Below, piece after piece: positions 1 to 11,200 of a stretch of 64,000 bases of DNA (its first letter is position 1; every line of letters begins with the position of its first letter). Source of the DNA: Trichosphaerium sp. ATCC 40318 (lineage: Eukaryota; Protista; Tubulinea). The position numbers and the translations under genes were made by a program. The DNA lies in contig JALMLS010000585.1 in NCBI GenBank assembly GCA_038496445.1, positions 310,001-374,000 of the forward strand, read 5' to 3'. A model generated the notes under the pieces. That model was not told the DNA's origin. It did not search any database and was given only the letters and a program-made list of their open reading frames with translations.

Positions 1-758
1 GTCGCACTAAACATTCATCTGCTTAAAGGTGTTCATCATCGACCTACTCTGACTAGAGTGACTGATGAATGCTTAAAAGCTTTGGGGGTGTTCACACTAT
101 TATACTGAGGTGCACAAAAATAACAGATGATGGCATTCATGCGCTCAAACGTGTTCACACAATTGGCCTTTCAAATACAAGTGTAACAGGTGACTGTTTC
201 TCTTCTTTGGCTTGTCCACACTATTGCTATTTCGAGTTGCCCTATTGCTACTGGTGTACAGAACTCAAAGGTGTTCATTCAATCTGCTTAGCTGAAAAAA
301 CCATCACAAACAAGGATCTATGCGCTCTTGCTGGTGTACATACCATTCACCTTACTGGCACATCAGTGACAGATGAAGGTATCAAATCGCTGGCTGGTGT
401 TTATAGTATTAACCTTGGCGTTGCCATCAAGTGACAGATGAAGGTATAAAAGCGCTTGCTGGAGTTCATTCTGCTACTCTTATTAATACATCAGTGACAG
501 ATGAAGGCATCAAAGCGCTTAAAGGTGTACATTGGATTAACCTCAGTGGTTGTACACAGATAACAGATTATGGCATCAAAGCATTAAAAGGAGTACAGGC
601 AATTACCCTCAGTAACACCAGTAAAAGATGAAGGCATTAAAGCGTTGAAAGGAGTTCATACAATTATCCTCAATCACACTTCAGTGACAGATGACGGTAT
701 TCAAGCACTAGCTGGAGTACACCAACAAACCATAAAGCTAGCATTGCAACAATTATAA
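1..758 (+). pseudogene. Frameshifted leucine-rich repeat gene remnant (22-aa GVHTIxLxxTxVTDEGIKALx repeats); 5' end outside window
   Basis: The same LRR unit recurs about 10 times but switches frame at roughly 85, 212, 425 and 622 with no intron signals. ORFs 69-434 and 431-631 each hold only part of the array. Confidence 0.7.
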
Positions 759-784
759 TTTTTTCGTATTTTACAAGATTTTTG

Positions 785-2257
785 CTAGTGCCATATTGAA
801 TCTGTGTCAGTAGAACTTTTTACGTATGGTACAGAAGGATTTTCTTCCCTCCAGTTTTCAGTCGTAGACGAGTAGTATGTCGTAATAACCGTAGTTTCTA
901 AGGTGTAAAAGTTACATGCTTGTAGTTAACAATTTAGGTTTTTGCTACATGATATTATTGTATTCGTACTTGGTTTGCAGCAACTGAAAACGTTTGAACC
1001 ATACATAAACAAGAACGTATTAAATATTGGGAATAGGATATGTGGTATTGATTCAAGCACTTCAAGAACAAACGGCTAAAAAAGTGTATGAGTTTCGAGC
1101 GTGTTGACGTTTTCTTTACATACAGTGTTTTCGTAATCAAGAAGCACGTAGACATATAACACTCCTGAGAATACATAGCATAATAGAAACGCAAGAGGGT
1201 ATCCAATAAGCTTTACAATAAGTGGTGCTAATAAATCCTTGGCACTGTTTACATTCATAGCTTTCTGGCAAAGAGGTTAATCGTGTAAACAAACCAATAA
1301 AGATTGAACGTACTCTGAAGTTCACAACGAAAAATAGCTCGTATATTGACAATGCGTTGAGTACAGCAATAAATATGAATGAAATAAAGAACGGGAATAC
1401 AGACACAAGCCCAAATAATCTATCGAGTTAATGACAGCGAGATATTGGTACAAACGTACAACTTATCTAAAAGAGACTGACCCTTCATGAAGCACCTATT
1501 AACAGCTGTTACTAACACCTTTGATATTACGTCACTTACCCACCCCAAGGCTCTCGACCATAAGTTCTTGTAGCAAAAGGTGCCAGAGCCATGACAAGAG
1601 GAAACACAAAAATGAAGAATAGTATAAAAGGCTCCGCAACCACAACTGTTTTCCTGTGCAAAACAGTCAACTTAAAAAACACGTGTTATATTTTAGCATG
1701 TGCGAGCACGTGATTTTAATACAATAAAAAAAATGTACACGTGATTTTACATGTAAAAGGTAAAAAAAATAAAAAAATGGATCACGTGATTTATGTACAC
1801 CGATAGATAAGCGTACTTGTACTTGATGCAGAAGAATATATTTACAGATATTGCTGTGACTACGAAAAATACTGTCAAGTGAGCACAAACAGCGAAATAA
1901 GCTGCCAAGGAGCAAAACGGTTCTAAAGTGTCTTTAGCAAAACTTTCAGGCATTCAAGCAAGTATAAGTCTAAGGTTGCTTGGTTTTGTGCGTACTAATA
2001 GTTTTTAGGGAGGATAGAGCGAATATTATTTCGCTAAGGCATAATACCCAATCTACAATCGATAAATACAATAGTAGACGCGTGGAAAAGTCTGTCATGT
2101 CTCTGTAGAAGAATAGAATCAAGAACATCCATGTTGCCAGTATTAAGGCTATAAGACCAACTACCACCGTAGAAAATAGGAAAAACTGTTCTTCGCTGAT
2201 AGCTACTAAGACTAACACCATATTGATGGCAACCTCAGCCGCAAAATTTATTTTCAT
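785..2257 (-). CDS. Seven-transmembrane GPCR, slime-mould cAMP-receptor-like family (multi-exon)
   Basis: Spliced exons give TM1-2 (RLLLYLSIVDW), TM3 (FCSLAAYF...VVTAISVNIFFCIK), TM6 (KLIGYPLAFLLCY) and TM7 (PIFNTFLFMYG), then a Ser/Thr-rich tail ending in TAG at 785-787. Start is 2257 or 2221. Confidence 0.75.
1680..1790. promoter_or_regulatory. Cluster of four CACGTG (E-box/G-box) motifs in a GPCR intron
   Basis: CACGTG at 1680, 1707, 1738 and 1783; the last three read CACGTGATTT. Function is inferred only. Confidence 0.35.
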
Positions 2258-2317
2258 GAATTTTTTGAGTGGTCAAACTTAGGTTCACAACTTTTGCGGA
2301 TAGCGTGTGAGCACAGT

Positions 2318-4615
2318 ATGGGCAACTTCAAATCTAAAAAAAAGCCTCTAAATCAAAGACATCGTAAAGAGAATCAGAAACGTGTGCTACTCGTAGGTAT
2401 GACAGTGGTAGCTATTTATAGATAGCTACACAATTTTTTGTTGACGTTCGAAATAACATCAAACTTAGGACCTAGCATGAGTGGTACTTGTTCAGAATCG
2501 TTTTAGAGTTAATGTGATTTACCGAAAACGTGTTTAGGGAAATCAAAGCTTCTGTTGCAGTTTAGACTCTTAAAAGAGGAAAAATTAACCCCTAGGGACC
2601 ATCAGCATTACAATAACCTGGGTATATTATTTGTACAGAGGTTCTTACGAGTTTTATCTGCACAACCTGAATTTTCAACTGTGGACAGCGTAAGATACAT
2701 CTAAAGCACTAATTAGTAATATATGACATAAAATAGACGACACAAGATATGGTGAAGTCGTTTTTAGATATGAATGATTACACATGGACACAACAACACA
2801 TTGACGCTTTAAAACAGTATTAATATTTTTATTTTCTAAGTCAATCTCTTTGTGAACTAGGCTAGGTTGAAAGACAACGAAGAATTCATGAACATGATTT
2901 TGTATACTGACTTTAAATGTATCGTTTTATCCTGTAAGAAAAACATGAAAGCGTGAGTGGATTGTTAACATTATGATACCTTTGTTTTAACTTTTTTTTT
3001 TCTAAGCTACATTGATTCAATTTGCTCTCAAACTGCAGATTCTTTCGTTGTGACTTATGAACAAAGGCTTAACTACCATTCACATTCTGTCGGCATTTAT
3101 GAGCTAGAAGGTGAAGTTGATGGTACTGAATATAGATTGGGGGATGTTGGAGGTTTGTTTTTTAAAGTCTTTGTGTTTTCGACTTTTTTCTTTTCTGCAT
3201 ATCAAATCCTTCTAGGAAGTCGTATGGAGAGAAGACGGTGGATACATGTTTTATATGACATGGATTATTTAATCTATTGTATGTCTCTTGATAGGTGAGT
3301 GTCATATTGTGTTATGTAATTGACCCTCTCAAAAAGTTACTTGTACTACCTTTGGGAAGATGATACAATTAATGCGTTTGAAGAGTCATTGGAAATACTC
3401 AAAGGTCTAATACAAAGTTCAAATGTCAATGCTCCTATTGTCCTTGTATTGACAAAACTTGACTTGTTTGAGGAAGAGATACAAAACCATCCGGAAAAGT
3501 TTAGAGAGTTCTTCCCTGATTACAAAGGTACCAACCCGTTTACCCATGTAGCTTATACATATAATAGGAACAACAATGAATACATATGATTGTGCCATGC
3601 ACGTGTTCAATGTCATTTGTTCAAGACTAGATAACTCGGCATGTTTTCTTGGTGCTACTTTTACATCTATGATAGAAAATCCCAACGCGATATCATGTGT
3701 TTTAAGGCTAACCTCAGGGAAAGGAGACGTCAGTAGTGACACAGGAAAAGAATTTTCACCATGTAAGTATAATACTAAACCTTTCATAAATACACTAATC
3801 ATGCCATAGTATCATCCATCCAGCCTTTAATGTTTCCAAGAAAAACATCAACACTGTTCCTTGATGTTGCAAAATTAACCCAAGAAATATATGCCAACAT
3901 GAATGCAGATAATGCCTTTATTTGTTCCATACGCAAATACGGAGCTTGTAAACATAAATTCAAACTTCTAACATCCCTCAAAAAGCTGTACAAATCAGAG
4001 ACTCAAGACTTTGATATTAATACTGGCACAGATTGTATTAAATGTCACAAGGTTAGTCCCTCTTTTTTTTTGCTTCTACTTATGCAATTCAACTAGGCGA
4101 TATTGATGTGCCGAGCTACATTTTTTGAAGGAGCTATTCTTTCTAACAATCTTGGGACAAATGGTGACGACAATACAAGCATTAGCTTAGAAGAAGATGT
4201 GTTCATTATCAAAACTTTTATTCACTTTGCATACCTTGATGAAATACCTCCTAATCTTGATTTGGATACTCTATTGAAGCTCTTAAAATTCTCAGATAAG
4301 TATTGTATAGATTCCCTACAATCTGTTGTGATATTCTATGTTTTTAATCATAGTACACATGATAAGATTACTAACAGCGACGAAGATTATTATTATCTTT
4401 CAAAAATGAGCGAATTTCTTGAATATGGATTATTGGGATGCAACTCGTTAATCATTAGCAATATAACTTCCTGGTTTCTCTGTCAGGAATCTAAAAAGCT
4501 AAATATGTTTCTTAACAAACACAAGGATACTGTTGCAGTAAAGCATCTCTTAGATCGAACTGTTCTGGTGCTACAAAACACTGATGAACCTTCAGCAAAG
4601 AATATATCCAAATAG
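2318..4615 (+). CDS. Divergent heterotrimeric G-protein alpha subunit fused to a C-terminal BTB/POZ domain (multi-exon)
   Basis: MGNFKS myristoylation-type N-terminus; G1 VLLVGPSMSGKS, G3 DVGGSRMERRRWIH, G4 VLTKLD. GT-AG introns join the G-alpha exons in frame to ...EFSP-LSSIQPLMFP... and on to a BTB motif (DFDI...IKCHK-AILMCRATFF...FIHFAYLD...LLKFSDKYCIDSL). Confidence 0.8.
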
Positions 4616-4837
4616 GCATACAGACAATAACACTTCGCACAGTAATTAAAATACTCAGAATCAAGCAGTACACCAAGCTACGGCGTCTGTACTAAAAAGA
4701 GGCAATGGTTTTTTTTTTGAAGAAATTGTAGTTGTACTGTTGTCTACCAAGTTCCTAAATACACTTGTGAGGCTGAACGGGTGCTCTGCTTGGCTCTAGG
4801 AGTCGTTGTTTTCTGCTGTAAGCTTCTACCAATCAAA

Positions 4838-4909
4838 GCCTGTGTAGCTCAATGGCAGAGCAATGGCCTTCGAAGCCAGAGGTTGCGGGTTCGATCCCCG
4901 TCATAGGCT
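4838..4909 (+). tRNA. tRNA-Arg (anticodon TCG)
   Basis: Cloverleaf: acceptor GCCTGTG/CATAGGC, D arm GCTC/GAGC, anticodon arm TGGC-CTTCGAA-GCCA, T arm GCGGG-TTCGATC-CCCGT; T-run shortly downstream. Confidence 0.92.
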
Positions 4910-5009
4910 ATAATTGTTTTATTGCAAACCATAAAAGAAGCGCTCCACCTTCTAAACTAGCAAGCGTTGGGAGCTGTTGGTGATCGCAGCAAGTAGCAAG
5001 TCAACTTTT

Positions 5010-7770
5010 TTATTTTGTTGTTGAAACTACCGCATGAGACCACCGTTTACCGCCTGTACTTGAACCAGCGATCCCGCATATTATCATACTAGATAAGAAC
5101 TTGCTTTTGATACTAGGATGACCCCAGTCCGTTATCTTCCAAGGTAATCCACCCAACTTTCTTACAACCTAGATAATAATTATCAATGGAGATTTTGTTT
5201 AACGAAAAAGCGCCTCAGACGTGCCTGAATACATAACTTTTGTAGAGCTATATGGTTAAAGAGTACACTAAAAAGAACGATATATGAGCAAGAAAACTTT
5301 GATATAACAAAACCATGTGAAAGAAAATAGTACCTTGCATGAACACATTGAGAGACAACATTGTAATGGTCAAGTTTTTCCTTTATGACTCTATAGAGGT
5401 GATCGTTATCACCTTTTCTACCAGAAAAAATAACGAGAACAAATCTGTATTTGGCCCCGCTGTCAAGCTCTTTGTTCAACTTGCCTTCTAATCTAAAAAA
5501 GATATCTGATTAGTATCTTTTTTGTCAAACTTTTTCTCTTACTCATTATTTTTAAACACAACCACTTTAGTTTGGTCGTTAGCTATCATTCCATACTCTT
5601 TCATTTTTTTAAAAAAGCTATTCTCACTATTTTTAGCACGACTAGTGACAAAAACAATCCAAGGATCTCTATAGTCCAATCCCCTCGAAACGGTGTTTTG
5701 ATCCCAATGAGTTGTTTTGGGATCTACTTTTTTTGAATTGCGTGGCGCCATCTCTAGCCTAGATACAAACATTATTGTTGTTGGTATAAATAGGTGAACA
5801 ATTTTAAGTAAAACGCACGTGATTGGGTTAATATAAACACCGTCAAACTGTACAGGAGCATCCTCAATAGCAAAGTTCCATTCATTGAGATCTCCTCCCT
5901 TTGATTCGCGCAACATATTTGCATTGTTTTTTATGACATCATATCTGTGACGTGCATCAATCTTTGTTAAACTATCCATTTCTTTTATATCCTGTGGACT
6001 AACACTCCAATTAGGTACAAAAGCAACACTATTCCCATTGACCATTAGCACGTACCTTAGGTTACCAATGATAGTGCATAATTGAGGTAGGTACCTCGTA
6101 CTCTTGTCATTCTTTCTAGCTGGACTGCAAAAAAAGGTGAGAAAGAAGGAAGTGACCATTGGTGTATTTTACGCACACTATCAATGGTTGAGTAACATCA
6201 ATTTTTATTTTATATGTATTATAGTAGTACTCTTCAAAGGTAAGTGAGTTCTCATCCTCACTGTCAATTCTGAGTTCGTTCAATGGTATACGCTTGTGAA
6301 AGTCCAAGGATCTGTAAATCGAGAAGGTAAGTATGAAAATAAGGCAAAGGTAAGAAAACACCTACTCTGCAAAAAAAGATACTCTACGCTTGCCGTAGTT
6401 TGTCACCATTTGCTTATGACAAATGAAGTCCCTCAATTTTCTGTTGTGAGGAAGGTCATCAACCTTACCTATTGTATACAGTTAGCTTAAACATGTGGAA
6501 GTACAAGTACTAACCATATTCTTTGATTGTGTCCCACACAGTCTCTACAGGTAAGAAGTAAGTAACGTCACCTAGAGACAAGCAAAAAAAAAAACTCACG
6601 TGTTTTAAGACACTTGTAGATATTGTCAATAAATATTAAATCTACATCAGCGCAAACAAAACCACGCCCGCGGTAAGGTGCTGTTGCACCTTCATAAATA
6701 TCCATGTATCTCATTTTTTTCACTGGATTTTCCCTCAATTGGTCACGTCCTAATCTCAATGGAAATTTTTTGCCAAGCAGCTTAAACAAGAACAGTATTA
6801 GAACCTTATCTGCTCGTTAACTATGAATAAACGTACCATTCTCAGTATTGAGTTGATGATGTGGCTCCTAGCTGCAGCATTCGTATTAACATCAACTGTA
6901 GCTACATACTTGAACTCTAGGAAATAGTCTCTTTTTCCTGGGACACCTTTCAGTTGCGCATCTATAAAATGAATGAGTAGAGGACATGTTAATGTAAAAA
7001 AAATGAAAGCAAAGTAAAGTAGTACAGCGTGACCCCTCTTAAAAGCAAATGTGGCTGATATAAACGTACTTGGCAAGGTTGCATCTTCCTTTAGAAGATA
7101 CAAGTTTCTACCACCCATTATCCAACTACAAGATAACTAAATACACAATATCTAACACTTGCTAATACGCACGGGGTATTTGGTATATTGTTATTAATCC
7201 ATACTGAAACCAAGATTGAGAGTAGTCTCATCGAATAGATCATAGGCTAAAAAAACGTGGTAATCAAAAATGGATTAAACGAAAACACGTGCGTACCTGT
7301 ATTTCGATAGAATACATCTGTATTGCACATTTGGGCTTGATATGCACCTTGAATGCATTTGACACTAGCCACACAGTTTTGTTTGGCTCACATTTATACA
7401 AAAACGACTTTTTTACTTCATCTTCATCGACGTCATAATCTGAGTCGTAGTATGTATACTACATACAAGTAAGCAGAGAAAGACATTGTGTTCATTCGTA
7501 CCTCCGGCTCATATCTTATTCGGTCATATTTACCTTTAAAAAAAAAGTACATGACATAAAGGTGATGACTTAAAACTGTGGTTGAAAGAACACAAACGTA
7601 CCATCCAAATCGAGAGGCGGTAGTTGGCTTCTTCCAGGCCTTGGTCCTCGCCAACCGCCTCTACCACCTCTACCACCTCTACCACCTCGGCCGCTTCTGG
7701 CACCTCTATCACCCCCGCCTCTCTCTGGAGCTCTTCCTCGTGGGGGGTAGGGTTCGAACCTACGTGCCAT
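5010..7770 (-). CDS. PIWI-clade Argonaute (RG-rich N-terminus, N, PAZ, L2, MID), C-terminally truncated at the start of the PIWI domain
   Basis: RGG/GRG N-terminus; PAZ (TFEEYYYNTYKIKIDVTQPLIV...YLPQLC); MID (LYRVIKEKL...VVSQCV); QKLCIQVVRKLGGLPWKI, then MIICGIAG and TAA at 5010-5012. An alternative splice would add only ~20 aa. Confidence 0.8.
7655..7690 (-). repeat. 9-bp tandem repeat encoding (RGG)n in the Piwi N-terminus
   Basis: CC(G/A)CCTCTA repeated about 4 times on the + strand. Confidence 0.8.
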
Positions 7771-8250
7771 ACTAATACGTTTTAGTGAGAAAAAACCGTT
7801 GGGAACAAGTTCACAAATTCGTACGTACGACTACCTTTTTGCTGTACACTTATTCCTGAAGCTGTTTACCGTTGACTCTATCGCAAACAGTGAGTAGTAC
7901 CTTTTAGCATTATGTCTCTAACGTACCTTCTTGGAGTGTGTATCACTCTAATATTGAGGTTTGGAGACCGCTAGTAACAAGTTGTGTCACTAAAATAAAC
8001 GGTTTTTGTTTACATAAGTCACTGTTAAGTTAAGGAGTACGAAACTTGTATTGTACACTTCATAACAAGCTTCTGAGAGTCTAAACTAAAAAAACGTGTT
8101 TCTTGAATTTGGAACCTGGAAGATTGTACTTGCTTTTTTTTTTGTTTATCGTTTATTATTATTCTACAAAGTTGTTTTGTACATGAGAATTGGAAAATTT
8201 GCTTATTCAAGCAAGCAACAAGAACAAAATCCTCATGTTTTTTTTTTGGT

Positions 8251-11200
8251 TTAATTGTATTTTTGCATAAACTCATAGAAAGAGAATTCACCTGGAGCTA
8301 ACCCGTAAGCATATACATACCGACTAGCTAAGTGAGCACTAAGTAGTGCAGCAATATAAGCTTCTGGTACACGCTCAACAACCTTATCAAGTCCAATAAG
8401 GTCAAGAAGAAGTTTTGGAATAGCTTCTTCAAGAACCTTTTGTTTTGTCTTAGGATTACTCCAAAGGGAAGACTCTGTTATTGTCTGGTTCAATGCATTA
8501 ATCTTTGCTGATACAGCATCAGATAGTACACACATTGGGCGACCAGATATTTGGTGCTCATTCCAGATACACTCGCTAAAAGAAGAAGTAAGAAAACAAT
8601 CCGATTTTTTTGAAGGAAAAAAAAAAGAAAGAAGAGATATTTTTGCTTTTCGGTTTGTGTTGAAAGTTACTCGTACAATTCATCTCTGGCATTATCCTCA
8701 ATACGTTTTTGTGTTTCTTTGACATAATCACCATAAAATTTAGGAGCGACACCATCCTTAACACACATATGCTAGAGCAAAAGGTTAATACTTTTCCTTT
8801 TGAAAAAGCAAAAAAAAAAAACATACTTCTTGATGCTCTTCATCAACTAGCGCAAGCGCTGCCAATACTTCCATTGAAGAAGATGTAACACCACCCTTAT
8901 TCGCAGATGCATCCTTCAATACTGGAATACCTTGTTCTTCAATCTTAAGTCTAGCTTCTTGAGTCAAGAACAAGTTGGCGCCCTCAACAATATTACTAAA
9001 GAGAGGCTTTCCATTGTTTCCAGTCAACACCTTAACAACATACGTCAGTACACCCTCAAAATGAATGACTTTGTAACGTACCTTGGAGACATTGTTGATG
9101 TTAATGGATTCAGGTCTACCGCCACAAGGAACGAAAAAGTCGCAAGCAGCGTATTTTGTCAAATGGAAGGTATTCCTCAAGGTCATACCGCTATGAACCT
9201 TTGTACCATCTGGTAGGGTAACATCCTTATCAGCAAGGAGTACAAGGAAACCATCTAGATGAATAAAGGTAAGATAAGGCGAAAAATAAAAAAAAGAAGA
9301 GAACGAGGCTCTTTTTGAGTTGCAAATTCTTCTCAAACAAGTTGTTCGTTTACGCTTTGTACGCACCTTTTGTTAGCTTGCTTCTGTCAAAGTGGTCAAC
9401 CATTTGTCTAGCTTTAGCTAATCTAACGATTTCTTCCTTGTTGATACCTTGTGGATCATACAAGACACCAGCACCATCAATGATGACTTTAGTCTTATCT
9501 TCTGATAACAAAATCTCATTTGAACCAAGATCTCCATCAGGTCCGCCTGTTTGTACTTTAAGTTGATCTTGTGCCTTTATACCCTTTTTGCGCATAATAC
9601 CAAGAACATATTGACGGACAGAGCGTGTAGTCATACCTGTACAAGACAATATTAGAATAAATCACTTTTGAGTTTTTTGGACTAAAAAAGTGACAGCGTC
9701 AACATACCGTATCTATCATGTGGAATACCGCCAAGAGATTCTGATTTACCAGTGGTAAAGGCAGTCCAGTATCTGTATCCTCGTGATTTAGCATGAAGAG
9801 CAGCCCAGTCCATGAGATCTAAATCAAAGTTGTCAGTTATAAAATCTTAAGAGACCTTTAGGATTTTTTTGAACGCACCGGCTGTTCCTTCATCAGGTCC
9901 ACAAAATACGTATTCGATTTTATCGTAGTGATTAACAATATCCTCATCACCATCACTCTCAGCGAGCAAGATATCAAGTATACTATCAATATACTTACGG
10001 AAAGCAACAGTAGCCTTGTCTTGGTGTGCCATTGACAACAGAATTGTACCTACAGATCAGTTAAGTCATAGAACAGCTTAAATTGGCCTCAAAAGAAAAA
10101 AAAACAACGAGTGTAGCTTACCCTTTGAACCACCTTCTGGGATATCCTTATTCTTTTTAAACTGAGTTAATGCGAGATTGTAATTCTCATCAAAGACTTT
10201 CTCCACATTTCTCAAGAATTGATGCTCATTTCTAGATTTGATCATACGAATACCACCACGAGCAATATCAGAGAATCTAATATGGAATCCTCTGAATTCT
10301 GCACCAATAAATTGGAATACAGCATAAGGAACCTCTGGGTAGTCATTCTCAAGGAAACTTGGTTCGAATCGAAGCTTTTAAAGAGATTAGAGGGTTGATT
10401 CTTTAGTTTTTGTAGATTGGCGTACCGAGAGTGCGGCTTTGTTTCTCTTATAGAAATTTGTGATTTGCAAGTGAGAGTTGAGGGTTAGGAAAGCCTAAAA
10501 GAAGAAATTAGAGAAAGTAGATACATATGCACTACGCACAGTCAAGATTTCTCTGTCTAGAACATCACCGACTTCACGATTAATTTTAGTGCAGATCTCG
10601 TCATTCCAAACAGGTTTTGGAGGTGTTTCACCGTTTGCGCGTGGCTTAAAGTGGTGCTCGAAATCAGCGTATAGTTCTTTAATCAGACCAACGTTGTTGA
10701 AGATAGCTTGTTTGCAACGACTCTACAAGTTCAGTTAATACCTCGTAGCTTAAAACAACTTATTCTATGTTACCTCAGTTGCTGCTTCACTTCTGATACG
10801 CTTACGAAGGCGAATCAAGCGATCTTTGTATGTAGGTTTATCACTTAACTCATCCCAAAGCAACTTAAACTCATCAGATTGTTTGTTTAAGAAATGGTAC
10901 GAGAATTTCCATCCGGCATAGGCGTATACGACCTTAAATAGTAGTTAGTTTAGTTGCTTTGTCTGTGAGGAATAAGGGCATACCTCTTCAGGTTGTAGTT
11001 GACCACCTTCTAATAGAGGGAAGAGGGATGTCCTCGGTAGAATGAACAAGAAGTTGACTTGAGTCATAAAGTTATCAACAGCAGGAAGAGAGCTCTCATC
11101 TTCACACTCAATGTAAAGCATGTATACGGAGATATCATTAGAGAAGTTCTCAACAAACTTTGACCTTGCTGTAAGCCCGTTAAGCTCCAAAAGAATGGAG

